From an uncultured Eubacteriales bacterium (GTDB lineage Bacteria > Bacillota > Clostridia > Oscillospirales > CAG-272), in NCBI GenBank assembly GCA_934393265.1, contig CAKRQL010000005.1:1897-65896 (forward strand): a stretch of 64,000 nt of DNA, read 5' to 3'. How positions within the stretch are numbered: the first letter of the stretch is position 1; each line of letters opens with the position of its first letter. The position numbers and the translations under genes were made by a program. Positions 19,707 through 30,768 of this stretch are shown here, one piece after another. The notes under the pieces are model-generated. The model did not search any database and was not told the DNA's origin. It worked only from the letters and a program-made list of their open reading frames with translations.

Positions 19707-20429
19707 ATGGAGCAGATTTACACAATTCCCGTCAACGAGGCGTTTGACAGGTCGGCGGAAAATCCCGCCGCGGGCTGTCCCTTCTGCGCGCTCTACCGGA
19801 AGCTCGAGGAGGACGAGGTCGACATAATACTCGGCGCGTCTATGATGGAGCCGGACATAAGAATTAAGACGAACGAGCAGGGCTTCTGCCGGACGCACTA
19901 CTCGCTCATGCTGCGAAAAAAGCGCAAGCTCGGCATGGCTCTGATACTCGAGAGCCATCTCGCACTCGTGCGGCGGTCGCTGAACGGCGACGGCGCGCTC
20001 CCCGGCGGGAGGGCGTCAAAGGCACTCACGTCGCTTGATACGCTTGAAAATTCATGCTACATATGCTCGCGGATAGACAAAAATTTTGAAGCCATGATGC
20101 GCACGGCGGTCTATCTCTGGGAGAGCGACCCGGATTTTCCGAAAAAATTCGCGGCACAGCCCTTTTTCTGCCTCCCCCACTACCGGAGGATGACGGCTTA
20201 TGCGCAGAAAAAGATGAGCAAAAAGCTGTTCCGCGATTTCTACGATGCGGCGCACGGTATCGAAGAAAAATATATCGACACACTGACAAACGACGTTTCA
20301 TGGTTCGCGAAAAAATTCGATTACAGATATGACGAGGAGCCGTGGTACAATTCAAAGGATTCGGTCGAACGGACGGTGAAATTCCTTACATCCGACCCCG
20401 TCGGCGATGAGACAGGAGGGACAAAATGA
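19707..20429 (+). CDS. Conserved Cys-motif protein (DUF6062-like, name from memory)
   Basis: 240 aa. Two CxxC...C..H modules (CPFCALY...FCRTH; CYICSRI...FCLPH). GGAG RBS. Its stop overlaps the next start (ATGA). Confidence 0.6.
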   Translation: MEQIYTIPVNEAFDRSAENPAAGCPFCALYRKLEEDEVDIILGASMMEPDIRIKTNEQGFCRTHYSLMLRKKRKLGMALILESHLALVRRSLNGDGALPGGRASKALTSLDTLENSCYICSRIDKNFEAMMRTAVYLWESDPDFPKKFAAQPFFCLPHYRRMTAYAQKKMSKKLFRDFYDAAHGIEEKYIDTLTNDVSWFAKKFDYRYDEEPWYNSKDSVERTVKFLTSDPVGDETGGTK

Positions 20430-22756
20430 TAATCGAGAAAATAATCATCAACAGCTTCGGACAGCTCCGCGATACGACGCTTGAGTTCGCGGACGGTATC
20501 AATGTCATCGAGGGACAGAACGAGGCGGGAAAAAGCACGATAGCCGCCTTTATAAAGTACATGCTCTACGGCTTCGATGTCGCGGACGGAACGGACGGAG
20601 TAAGCGAGAGGCATAAGCGCATAAACTGGACGACGGGGACGGCGCAGGGCGCGATGTACGTAAAGGTGCGCGGCAAGAGGTATCTCATCAACCGCTCCAC
20701 CGTCATGTCCGAGGGAAACGGACGCCCGACCTATAAAGAGGACTCCTCGATAATCGACCTCGAAACGGGCACCCCTGCCTTCGGAAAGCTCCCGGCAGGA
20801 GAAGTATTCTTCGAGATAGACCGCGAGCTCTTCGAGAACACCGCGTTCGTCGGTCAGATAGGCGAGGTGGGAATTGACGAGGGCTCTGTCCGTCAGTCGA
20901 TTGAAAATATACTCTTCTCCGGAAACGAGAAGCTGAACACCGAGCGCGCCATGAACAAGATAGGCGAAAAGCTGCACATTCTCCTCCACGAGAACGGCGC
21001 GGGCGGAACGATATACGACCTCATGACCCGCCTCGGCGAGGCGGAGGAGCAGCTGAAGCGCTCGAGCGAGGACAACAGCCAGATACTCGCCAAGGAAGCG
21101 GAGCTCTACGAGATAAAGAAGCGCAAGGCAACGGCAGAGGAAACGATGGAGCGCCTCATAAGCTTCGACGAGTGCTACAAGAACATAATGGTTATTCAGA
21201 CCTTCGACAAGCTCCATGAGCTCGAGCACGAGTGCGAGCTGAAAACCGAAGCCTACAACAAATTCATCGAGGCAAACACCGTCGACGGCTTTGTCCCGAC
21301 GAACCAGTATCTTACCGATCTCGCCGTCGCGAGGGCGAGGGTGAACGACGCCTACCGCGCTGTCTCCGACGCACAGGAGAATTACGCAAACGAAAAAAAC
21401 GCGATAGGAATTACCCGGGAGATAGAAGGCTCAATCGAGCTCGCCGACTCGCTCGGCGGCGAGGAGGAAATCCTCAAGGAGGCGTCGGCGCATCAGAAAA
21501 ACCGCATACGCTCTGTCGCCGGGGGAGTCTGCTCCGCGCTCGTCGCGCTCGCTGTCATAGTCTATGAAATAGTCGCGAAGGGAGCACTTGCCGCCCCGCT
21601 GCCGCGTATTGCCTTTGCCCTGCTCGGCACTGCGGGCGGCGTCGGCGCAGTGATACTCTCTCTCCTCTTCGTCAGCAGCTCAAAGCGCCTGACACAGCTC
21701 GCCGACAGGTTTGACACGCAGACCCTGCGCGACCTGCGCGGAAAGATCGCCGTCATAGCCGAGGCGAGAGCCAAGAGAGACACCATGATAGCCTCCACCC
21801 ACTCTGCGCTCGTTGCAGTCGAAAATGCGAAGAGCAGCTATGAGAGTGCGAAAAAGGAGCTCGCCGACACCGTCCTCAAATGGGCGGACGAGAAGCCGGC
21901 AAGCGGGCTCTCCGAGTTTCTCGACCAGCTCGACGAGAGAGTGCGCGCGTTTCTCAAAAAGCGCGACGAGCTGCTCGACGAGAAGAGCAGCCTTGAGATA
22001 ACCGTCAAGGAGATACGCAGAACACTCGCCGACAAGAGCGAGGTCGATGTGCGCGCCCTTGTCTCCCCGATGAGAAGAAAGTCTCTCACCGGTGTAAATC
22101 ACGATGAAATAATCAGCGGTATCGCAGATTGCAGAGAGAAGATAGCCGAGCAGGACAGACTTGCATTCAATGTCGAGAACGACCTCGCCGCGCTTAAGCT
22201 CCGCGCGCGCGACCCCGCAGAGATACACGCGAAGATAGGCGCGCTCAAGGCGCAGATCGAGGAGCTGAAGCTCCGTCACAAGTCCTACTACATCGCGCTG
22301 CGCGCGCTGCAGAGCGCATCCGAGAACCTGCGCGCGGAGATCTCCCCGCGCCTCGGCGATTTTGCAACGCGGCTTATGGAGATAATGACCGATAAGAAGT
22401 ACTCCGACTTCGGCGTCAGCGCGGGCATGAAGATTTCCTTCACCGCGACGGACGGAGAGCGTCGCCCCGTCGACTTTCTCTCCGGAGGAACGCAGGACAT
22501 GGCATATATCGCCGTGCGCATGGCACTCATCGACATGCTCTGCACGGAGAAGCCGCCGGTCTGCTTTGACGAGAGCTTCGCATACCAGGACAACGTGCGC
22601 GCCGCGGCAATGATGCGTGCGATGAAAAAGCTCGCGGACGACGAGGGTATGCAGAGCTTCATATTCACCTGCCGTCAGCGCGAGGCAAACCTCGCACGGG
22701 AGGCAGACAAGTCGGCAGCCGTGTTCAAGCTCTCAGCCGCAAAGAAGAAAGCCTGA
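20426..22756 (+). CDS. Rad50/SbcC/YhaN-like AAA ATPase with central transmembrane hairpin
   Basis: 776 aa. Walker A is GQNEAGKST. Long coiled-coil segments, two hydrophobic helices (VCSALVALAVIVYEIV; FALLGTAGGVGAVILSLLFV), signature-like LSGGTQD and Walker B PPVCFDESF. Confidence 0.75.
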   Translation: MIIEKIIINSFGQLRDTTLEFADGINVIEGQNEAGKSTIAAFIKYMLYGFDVADGTDGVSERHKRINWTTGTAQGAMYVKVRGKRYLINRSTVMSEGNGRPTYKEDSSIIDLETGTPAFGKLPAGEVFFEIDRELFENTAFVGQIGEVGIDEGSVRQSIENILFSGNEKLNTERAMNKIGEKLHILLHENGAGGTIYDLMTRLGEAEEQLKRSSEDNSQILAKEAELYEIKKRKATAEETMERLISFDECYKNIMVIQTFDKLHELEHECELKTEAYNKFIEANTVDGFVPTNQYLTDLAVARARVNDAYRAVSDAQENYANEKNAIGITREIEGSIELADSLGGEEEILKEASAHQKNRIRSVAGGVCSALVALAVIVYEIVAKGALAAPLPRIAFALLGTAGGVGAVILSLLFVSSSKRLTQLADRFDTQTLRDLRGKIAVIAEARAKRDTMIASTHSALVAVENAKSSYESAKKELADTVLKWADEKPASGLSEFLDQLDERVRAFLKKRDELLDEKSSLEITVKEIRRTLADKSEVDVRALVSPMRRKSLTGVNHDEIISGIADCREKIAEQDRLAFNVENDLAALKLRARDPAEIHAKIGALKAQIEELKLRHKSYYIALRALQSASENLRAEISPRLGDFATRLMEIMTDKKYSDFGVSAGMKISFTATDGERRPVDFLSGGTQDMAYIAVRMALIDMLCTEKPPVCFDESFAYQDNVRAAAMMRAMKKLADDEGMQSFIFTCRQREANLAREADKSAAVFKLSAAKKKA

Positions 22757-22791
22757 GCAGCCCCGACCGATAACAAGGAGAAACAGCATCA

Positions 22792-23724
22792 ATGGAAAAA
22801 GCAAAACGGATACTCATTGCCGGCTCCTCCGACATGGACATAACCATGTGCATGGACAAAATGCCCGCCCCCGGCGAGACATCGGTCGGCGGCGAGGGGA
22901 TATATTATACGCCCGGCGGGTTCGGCGCGGGGGCGGCGATAGCCTTCTCCCGCCTCGGAGCGGAGAGCATATTCTGCACGAAGCTCGGCGCGGACGCGCA
23001 CGGACACAAGCTCTATGAATACTACCGCGAATGCGGGCTGAACACAAGTCAGATCTACGCGGACAAGGAGGCAAAGACCGGGGTCAGAGCGATAATGCGC
23101 GAGGCGGACGGGAGCACCCGGCGGGTCATCTTCCGCGGTGCGAACGCAAACTTCCGCCCGGAGAACCTCTCCCCCGCGATTGCCACACAGCCGGACGCTC
23201 TCTACACCTGTCTTGAAATTCCCTTTGAGACCGTGCGCGCCGCGGCAGCGGAGGCGAGCGGGCGCGGAATCCCCGTCGTAATCGACGCGGCACCGGCTAC
23301 AAAGGAGATGGACCTCTCCACCCTCTCGGGAGTCGAGATATTCTCCCCGAACGAGACCGAGGCGGAGATACTCACCGGAATACGCCCTGCGGGGGCTGAG
23401 TCCTGCCTGCGGGCGGCACTCGCACTCTCGAGAATAGTAAAATGCAGATATGTCGTCATAAAGCTCGGTGCGCGCGGCTCGTACATCTACGACCGCAAGC
23501 ACTATATGCTGATAGCCCCGGCAAGACCGGATAAGACCGTCGACACAGACGGTGTCGGTGACGCCTTTACCGCGGCACTCACCCTCGAATATCTGCGCAC
23601 GGGTGACATAAAAACCGCGGCTGTCTATGCCTCTGCCGCCGCCGCTGTCACAATTTCCCGCGCGGGTGCCATTGAGAGCCTGCCGACCGACGACGAGGTG
23701 CGCGCATATCTTGCAAAGCACTGA
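22792..23724 (+). CDS. PfkB-family carbohydrate kinase (ribokinase-like)
   Basis: 310 aa with a GGFGAGAA region and the C-terminal PfkB signature DTDGVGDAFTAAL. Confidence 0.8.
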   Translation: MEKAKRILIAGSSDMDITMCMDKMPAPGETSVGGEGIYYTPGGFGAGAAIAFSRLGAESIFCTKLGADAHGHKLYEYYRECGLNTSQIYADKEAKTGVRAIMREADGSTRRVIFRGANANFRPENLSPAIATQPDALYTCLEIPFETVRAAAAEASGRGIPVVIDAAPATKEMDLSTLSGVEIFSPNETEAEILTGIRPAGAESCLRAALALSRIVKCRYVVIKLGARGSYIYDRKHYMLIAPARPDKTVDTDGVGDAFTAALTLEYLRTGDIKTAAVYASAAAAVTISRAGAIESLPTDDEVRAYLAKH

Positions 23725-23771
23725 CACGCACATTTTTGAAAGGTGCCGACACGCATATCTTTGCAAAGCAC

Positions 23772-23783
23772 TGACACGGGTAT
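23772..23783 (+). repeat. Intergenic motif, copy 2 (tgACACGGGTAT)
   Basis: Between the PfkB kinase and hydrolase genes. Confidence 0.7.
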
Positions 23784-23834
23784 ATACATAGCCCGGTAAA
23801 AACGACACAAACCAAAAACCGAAAGGAGCCGCAA

Positions 23835-24797
23835 ATGAGCTACCGCAAGGAGGACTTCTTTTTCCCGTCGAGCGACGGAAAGCACAATATACATGCGGAG
23901 GAATACATTCCCGAGGGGGAGATACGCGCCGTCGTACAGCTCTCACACGGAATGATAGACTACGTCTCAAGATATGAGGGTATAGCCGAAAGACTTACGA
24001 AATACGGCTATGTATTCGCCGGAAACGACCACCTCGGACACGGGGGGAGCGCGGGAGGGCGCGACGAGCTCGGATTCTTTGCCGATGGGGGCGGCGCGGA
24101 CTTTGTAATCCGCGACGTAAAGCGGATGAACGAAATTCTCCGCGAGAAGTACCCGGGACTCCCGCTCTTTGTGATAGGACACAGCATGGGCTCATTTATC
24201 GCGCGCTGCTTTATCGCGAGGTACCCCGACGCGGCAGACGCGCTCATTATCCACGGGACAGGCGGCACAAACCCGCTCCTCCCGTTCGGAAAATTCATAA
24301 CCGCCGTGACCGAGCTCTTCCGCGGCGGACACCATCGCTCAAAGCTTCTGAACTCGCTTGCATTCGGCGCATACAACAAGCGCTTTGACCCCGAGGAGGG
24401 CGAGAACGCATGGCTGACGCGGGACGGCGCAAGAGTAGCCGGAAGAGGCGACGACCCGTATACGAGCTACTGCTTTACGGTGTCCGCATACCGTGACCTG
24501 TTCCGCTTTGTCGGCATGTCAAACTGCAAAAGGTGGTACAGGGACTATCCGAAGTCGCTCCCGACGCTGATTATCAGCGGCGACATGGACCCGGTCGGAA
24601 ACTACGGCAAGGGTCCGGAGGAGGTCTATAACAGGCTCCTGAAAGCCGGTTGCACCGACGTTTCATTAAAGCTCTACCCCGGCGCGCGGCACGAGCTCTT
24701 CAACGAGACGAACCGTGAGGAGGTCTTTGACGACATTCAGTCCTTTCTTGACAGAGTGTATGACGAGATAAGACCCGCGGAGAACGGAAACGGCTGA
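23835..24797 (+). CDS. Alpha/beta hydrolase (lysophospholipase/monoacylglycerol-lipase-like)
   Basis: 320 aa with nucleophile elbow GHSMGS and HG oxyanion region LSHGM. AAAGGAG RBS. Confidence 0.8.
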   Translation: MSYRKEDFFFPSSDGKHNIHAEEYIPEGEIRAVVQLSHGMIDYVSRYEGIAERLTKYGYVFAGNDHLGHGGSAGGRDELGFFADGGGADFVIRDVKRMNEILREKYPGLPLFVIGHSMGSFIARCFIARYPDAADALIIHGTGGTNPLLPFGKFITAVTELFRGGHHRSKLLNSLAFGAYNKRFDPEEGENAWLTRDGARVAGRGDDPYTSYCFTVSAYRDLFRFVGMSNCKRWYRDYPKSLPTLIISGDMDPVGNYGKGPEEVYNRLLKAGCTDVSLKLYPGARHELFNETNREEVFDDIQSFLDRVYDEIRPAENGNG

Positions 24798-24799
24798 AA

Positions 24800-25765
24800 G
24801 TGATACACGCAATAGCCCTCACGGGTCCTACGGCGTCCGGCAAGACGGCGCTCTCGCTCCGGCTCGCATCCCTCTGTGGCTGTGAGATAATCTGCCTCGA
24901 CTCGATGCAGATATATAAGTACATGGACATCGGTACGGCGAAGCCGACAAAGGAGGAGCGCGCCGTGGTGCCGCATCACCTCTTCGGTTTTCTCGACCCG
25001 GATGTCCCCTGCTCTGCCGTCGCGTATAAGGAGGCGGCACTCCGCTGTGCGGAGGAAATCTCCTGCCGAAAAAAAATTCCGCTGTTCGTCGGCGGGACGG
25101 GGCTCTACCTCGACACGCTCATGTACAGCTACTCCGAGCGCGTGCCGGAGAGCCGCACCGGAAAGTGCGCGCTTACAAATGTCGCGGTGTGCGACCCGCA
25201 GGCGATGTGGGATGAACTCATGAGAGTTGACCCCGTCTCTGCCGCGAAAATACATAAAAACAACGCGCGGAGGGTGCTCCGCGCGCTCGAAATATACCGG
25301 GAGACCGGAAAGACAAAAAGCGAGTGGGACGCGGAGAACCGCGCGCCCGACCCGCGGATAGATATTGCCGTTCTGACGCTCGATTTCCACAGCCGCGATA
25401 CGCTCTATAAAAGAGTTGACGAGCGCGTAGACGAAATGCTCCGCGCGGGGCTCGTCGATGAGGCGAAGTGGCTTCTCGCGCACGGGTATCTTTCGCCGGA
25501 GAGCACGGCGGCACAGGCGATAGGATATAAAGAGCTGCTGCCCGTTCTTCGCGGCGAGGAGGAGCTGTCCTACGCCGTGGCACTCATAAAGCAGTCAAGC
25601 CGCAGATATGCAAAAAGACAGCTCACCTGGTTTCGCCATGTGGAGCGCGCACACAGAATATATGCCGACCGCGAGGACGGCACACTCCGCGCACCGGATG
25701 AGCTTTTCCGGGATATTGACGCGGCACTCCGCACCGAGGGCTTTTCCCCGGCGGAGAAAATATGA
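24800..25765 (+). CDS. miaA: tRNA dimethylallyltransferase
   Basis: 321 aa, GTG start. P-loop GPTASGKT and DSMQIYKYMDIGTAKP. Confidence 0.9.
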   Translation: MIHAIALTGPTASGKTALSLRLASLCGCEIICLDSMQIYKYMDIGTAKPTKEERAVVPHHLFGFLDPDVPCSAVAYKEAALRCAEEISCRKKIPLFVGGTGLYLDTLMYSYSERVPESRTGKCALTNVAVCDPQAMWDELMRVDPVSAAKIHKNNARRVLRALEIYRETGKTKSEWDAENRAPDPRIDIAVLTLDFHSRDTLYKRVDERVDEMLRAGLVDEAKWLLAHGYLSPESTAAQAIGYKELLPVLRGEEELSYAVALIKQSSRRYAKRQLTWFRHVERAHRIYADREDGTLRAPDELFRDIDAALRTEGFSPAEKI

Positions 25766-25819
25766 ACCGCGGCACATCGGTGACCGACGGAAATATACAA
25801 AACTTGAAAAGGTGACATA

Positions 25820-27094
25820 ATGAAGACACACGAGATAAAAAAGCTGCTCACGGGCGGGGAGGCAGAGGGTCTCTCCGGGCTTTACGGAGACACAGCCGCG
25901 GCGATGAAGCGCATACTTTCAGCCGTAGAGGAGTATGAAAAAACATACGGTGCGGGACGGGAGGTCACCGTCATATCCGTCCCGGGGCGGAGCGAGATAT
26001 GCGGAAATCACACCGACCACAATCACGGCGAGGTCATCGCCGCGGGGGTCGACCGTGACATAATAGCCGTCGCGGGAATAAGAGACGACGGACTTATAAA
26101 GACCTCCTCACAGGGCTACCGCGAGAGCGTCATAAGGCTCGCCGATATAAAATCCGGCGAAAAGTTCCGCAAATTCACCTCCGACGCACTGATAGCCGGA
26201 ATGGTGAACGGCTTTACGCTCCGCGGCTACCCCGTATGCGCGTTTGACGCGGTTATTATTTCGGATGTACCGAAGGGCAGCGGGCTCTCCTCCTCGGCGG
26301 CATACGAGGTCACTGTCGGCAGTATTCTCTCACACCTTGCCGGGGACGGTAAGATTCCGCGGGAGGAGATAGCGAAGATAGCACAGTATGCCGAGAATGT
26401 CTATTTCGGAAAGCCCAGCGGACTCATGGACCAGATGGCATGTGCGCTCGGCGGCTTTGTATGGATGGATTTTCGCGACCCGGAGCACCCGGAGGTGGAG
26501 CCCACCGGCTTTGCCCCCACTGACGACGGGCTGACGCTCTGCATAGTGAACACCGGCGGCTCACACGCCGACCTTAACGACGACTACGCCGCCGTGCCCG
26601 CGGAAATGAAGCGGGTGGCGCAAGACCTCGGCGCCGTGGTGCTGCGCGGAATTGACGAGAAAACGGTGACAGCCCACCTCCCCGCCCTGCGGAGCGGTAT
26701 GGGCGGCGACCGCGCGGTGCTCCGTGCCCTGCATTTCATTCACGAGAACGAGCGGGTGGAGCGTATGCGTGCCTGCCTGAAGGCTCATGACACCGACGGA
26801 TTTCTCACAGTGGTTACGGAGTCCGGCAATTCGTCCTTCAAGTATCTTCAGAACCTCTATTCACCGAAAAATCCCGACGAGCAGGGGCTCCCCCTCGCTC
26901 TCGCGCTGACCGAGAGCTTCCTCTCCGGGCGGCGCGGTGCCTGCCGCGTCCACGGCGGGGGCTTTGCCGGGACGATACAGGCATATATACCCGACGAGGA
27001 CGCTACGGAGTACGCGCGCCTTATGGACGCGGTGTTCGGCGAGGAGGCTACGCTCCGCCTGCGCGTTCGCGACGGGGCAAGGCGGCTGTTCTGA
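25820..27094 (+). CDS. galK: Galactokinase (GHMP kinase family)
   Basis: 424 aa. Galactokinase signature GRSEICGNHTDHNHG and GHMP motif PKGSGLSSSAA. Confidence 0.8.
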   Translation: MKTHEIKKLLTGGEAEGLSGLYGDTAAAMKRILSAVEEYEKTYGAGREVTVISVPGRSEICGNHTDHNHGEVIAAGVDRDIIAVAGIRDDGLIKTSSQGYRESVIRLADIKSGEKFRKFTSDALIAGMVNGFTLRGYPVCAFDAVIISDVPKGSGLSSSAAYEVTVGSILSHLAGDGKIPREEIAKIAQYAENVYFGKPSGLMDQMACALGGFVWMDFRDPEHPEVEPTGFAPTDDGLTLCIVNTGGSHADLNDDYAAVPAEMKRVAQDLGAVVLRGIDEKTVTAHLPALRSGMGGDRAVLRALHFIHENERVERMRACLKAHDTDGFLTVVTESGNSSFKYLQNLYSPKNPDEQGLPLALALTESFLSGRRGACRVHGGGFAGTIQAYIPDEDATEYARLMDAVFGEEATLRLRVRDGARRLF

Positions 27095-27251
27095 TTATGA
27101 GCATGGCGGCTCTCTGACGTAAGGCAAGTCTGACGAACCGATACGAAAAGACAAATAAAAAACGCGCCGGGGTGAGCCCGCGGGCAAAGCGACAAAGCGA
27201 AAGACCACGACGGCACAAAACAAGGTAATAAAAATTTCGGAGGATATATAA

Positions 27252-28346
27252 ATGGCAACAAAGAAAGCGGCACAGGCGGCGGAGAAGGCACCGGTCGCAG
27301 ACAAGAAGGCTGCCCTGCAGTCTGTAATATCCCGCATAGAGCGCGAATGCGGCAAGGGCTCTATCATGCGGCTCGGAGAAAACGCGGACATGAATGTCTC
27401 TGCGGTCTCCACCGGCTCTCTGACACTCGACATGGCGCTCGGCATAGGAGGCATACCGAGAGGAAGAATAACCGAAATATACGGTCCGGAGTCCTCAGGT
27501 AAGACCACGATAGCCCTGTCTGTCATCGCGGAGGTGCAAAGACAGGGGGGCGAGGCAGCGTTTATCGACGCGGAGCACGCGCTCGACCCGGTTTACGCAA
27601 AGAAAATAGGCGTTGATATAAACGAGCTCCTCGTATCGCAGCCCGACTGCGGCGAGCAGGCACTCGAAATCGCGGAGACGCTCGTCAATTCCGGGGCTAT
27701 CGATATAGTTGTCATTGACTCGGTCGCCGCGCTCGTACCGAGACAGGAGATAGAGGGCGACATGGGCTCCTCTCACGTCGGGGCACAGGCACGCCTCATG
27801 TCACAGGCGATGAGAAAGCTCTCCGGAGCCATCGCAAAGTCCAACGCGATAGTTATATTCACAAACCAGCTGCGCGAGAAGGTCGGCGTCATGTACGGTA
27901 ACCCGGAGGTCACAACCGGAGGACGCGCGCTGAAATTCTACGCATCCGTAAGAATTGACGTGCGCAGGGTCGAGACGCTGAAAAACGGCGACGAGGTCTA
28001 CGGCTCACGCACGAAGTGCAAGGTAGTGAAGAACAAGGTTGCCCCTCCTTTTAAGGTTGCGGAGTTTGACATACTCTATGGCTCCGGAATATCGAAGTCA
28101 ACCGAGATAATCGACCTCGGAATACAGCTCGGCGTCCTCGAAAAGAGCGGCGCGTGGTTCTCCTTTGACGGTCAGCGTCTCGGTCAGGGCAAGGACAACG
28201 TAAGAAAGTTCGTCGAGTCCGACAAGGAGCTGATGGCGAAAATCGAAGGGCTCGTCCGCGAGAAAATGGCAAACCGCGACCCGGACGACGAGGATATGTT
28301 CGACGACGAATTTGATATAAAGGATTTTGACGACGAGGAGACCTGA
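27252..28346 (+). CDS. recA: Recombinase RecA
   Basis: 364 aa. [19 protein letters not shown] and IVIDSVAAL. Confidence 0.97.
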   Translation: MATKKAAQAAEKAPVADKKAALQSVISRIERECGKGSIMRLGENADMNVSAVSTGSLTLDMALGIGGIPRGRITEIYGPESSGKTTIALSVIAEVQRQGGEAAFIDAEHALDPVYAKKIGVDINELLVSQPDCGEQALEIAETLVNSGAIDIVVIDSVAALVPRQEIEGDMGSSHVGAQARLMSQAMRKLSGAIAKSNAIVIFTNQLREKVGVMYGNPEVTTGGRALKFYASVRIDVRRVETLKNGDEVYGSRTKCKVVKNKVAPPFKVAEFDILYGSGISKSTEIIDLGIQLGVLEKSGAWFSFDGQRLGQGKDNVRKFVESDKELMAKIEGLVREKMANRDPDDEDMFDDEFDIKDFDDEET

Positions 28347-28358
28347 TCTCCATGACAC

Positions 28359-28405
28359 GGGACTGCCGGAGTAAAAGCAGCGGCAGTCCCGGCTTTTTGA
28401 TTTTT
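28359..28405 (+). terminator. recA rho-independent terminator
   Basis: 10-bp stem gggactgccg/cggcagtccc followed by ggctttttgattttt. Confidence 0.8.
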
Positions 28406-28415
28406 CGTGTAACAG

Positions 28416-29019
28416 GTGAATATGTCAACAATAGTTAGCATTAAGAAAGAAAACGGCGGTATGCTCGTAATAACGACGCGCGACGGGGACGGAAAAAGAG
28501 AACGCTACCGGATAAGCGAGCGGGCGTATCGCGAGGGGTGTGACCTCCCGGCCGGGGCGGAGGCGGACGACGATGTCATATCGCTCCTCTCCCGGGAGAA
28601 CGGTCACTGTGAGGCACTGCGCGCGGCACTCCGCATAATCGGCTACTCCGACAACAGCGAGAGCCGGCTATGCACAAAGCTCATATCAAAGGGCTACAGC
28701 CGCGAGGCTGTCGCCTACGCCGTGCGCGAGGTTGTCGGGCGCGGGTACCTTGACGAGGGGCGGCAGATAGAAATCGCCGTACTCAACCTCGCGAACCGAA
28801 AGCTCCTCGGGAAATATAAAATAATACCGCGCCTCGCGGCGAAGGGTTACCGCGCGGCGGATGTCTCGCGTGTTTACTCTGCCCTTGTGAACAAAGGGGA
28901 GATAGACGAGCGGGGGAATGCCCGCGAGCTCATCTCGCGGCATCTGCCGGACGGGGGCGGGCGTGACGAGGTCTGTGCCCTGCTCCGCAAATACGGCTAC
29001 AGGGAGAATTATTCCGACT

Positions 29020-29027
<8 letters not shown>
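28416..29027 (+). CDS. recX: Regulatory protein RecX
   Basis: 203 aa. Helical-repeat protein directly downstream of recA (ALRIIGYSDNSESRLCTKLISKGYSREAVAYAV). Confidence 0.8.
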
Positions 29028-30750
<1,723 letters not shown>

Positions 30751-30768
30751 AACGGAAGGGGGGCGTGT

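Noticed and set aside
22789-23970. 393-aa minus-strand ORF
   Set aside because: It is antisense to the PfkB kinase, whose motifs (DTDGVGDAF) and RBS are clear. The same reasoning rejects 20321..21229, 16765..17946, 38685..39956, 34567..35835, 54559..55464, 54984..55715 and 63096..63950.
27134-27147. Possible LexA/Cheo box upstream of recA (cgaaccgatacgaa)
   Set aside because: Only the first half-site (CGAAC) matches. The second half is ACGAA rather than GTTCG, so it is not a supportable SOS box.
28918-29019. N-terminal 34-codon extension of the ABC transporter ORF
   Set aside because: The extension lies entirely inside recX in another frame. The natural start MIKKFISYY at 29020 gives the usual ABC exporter N-terminus.
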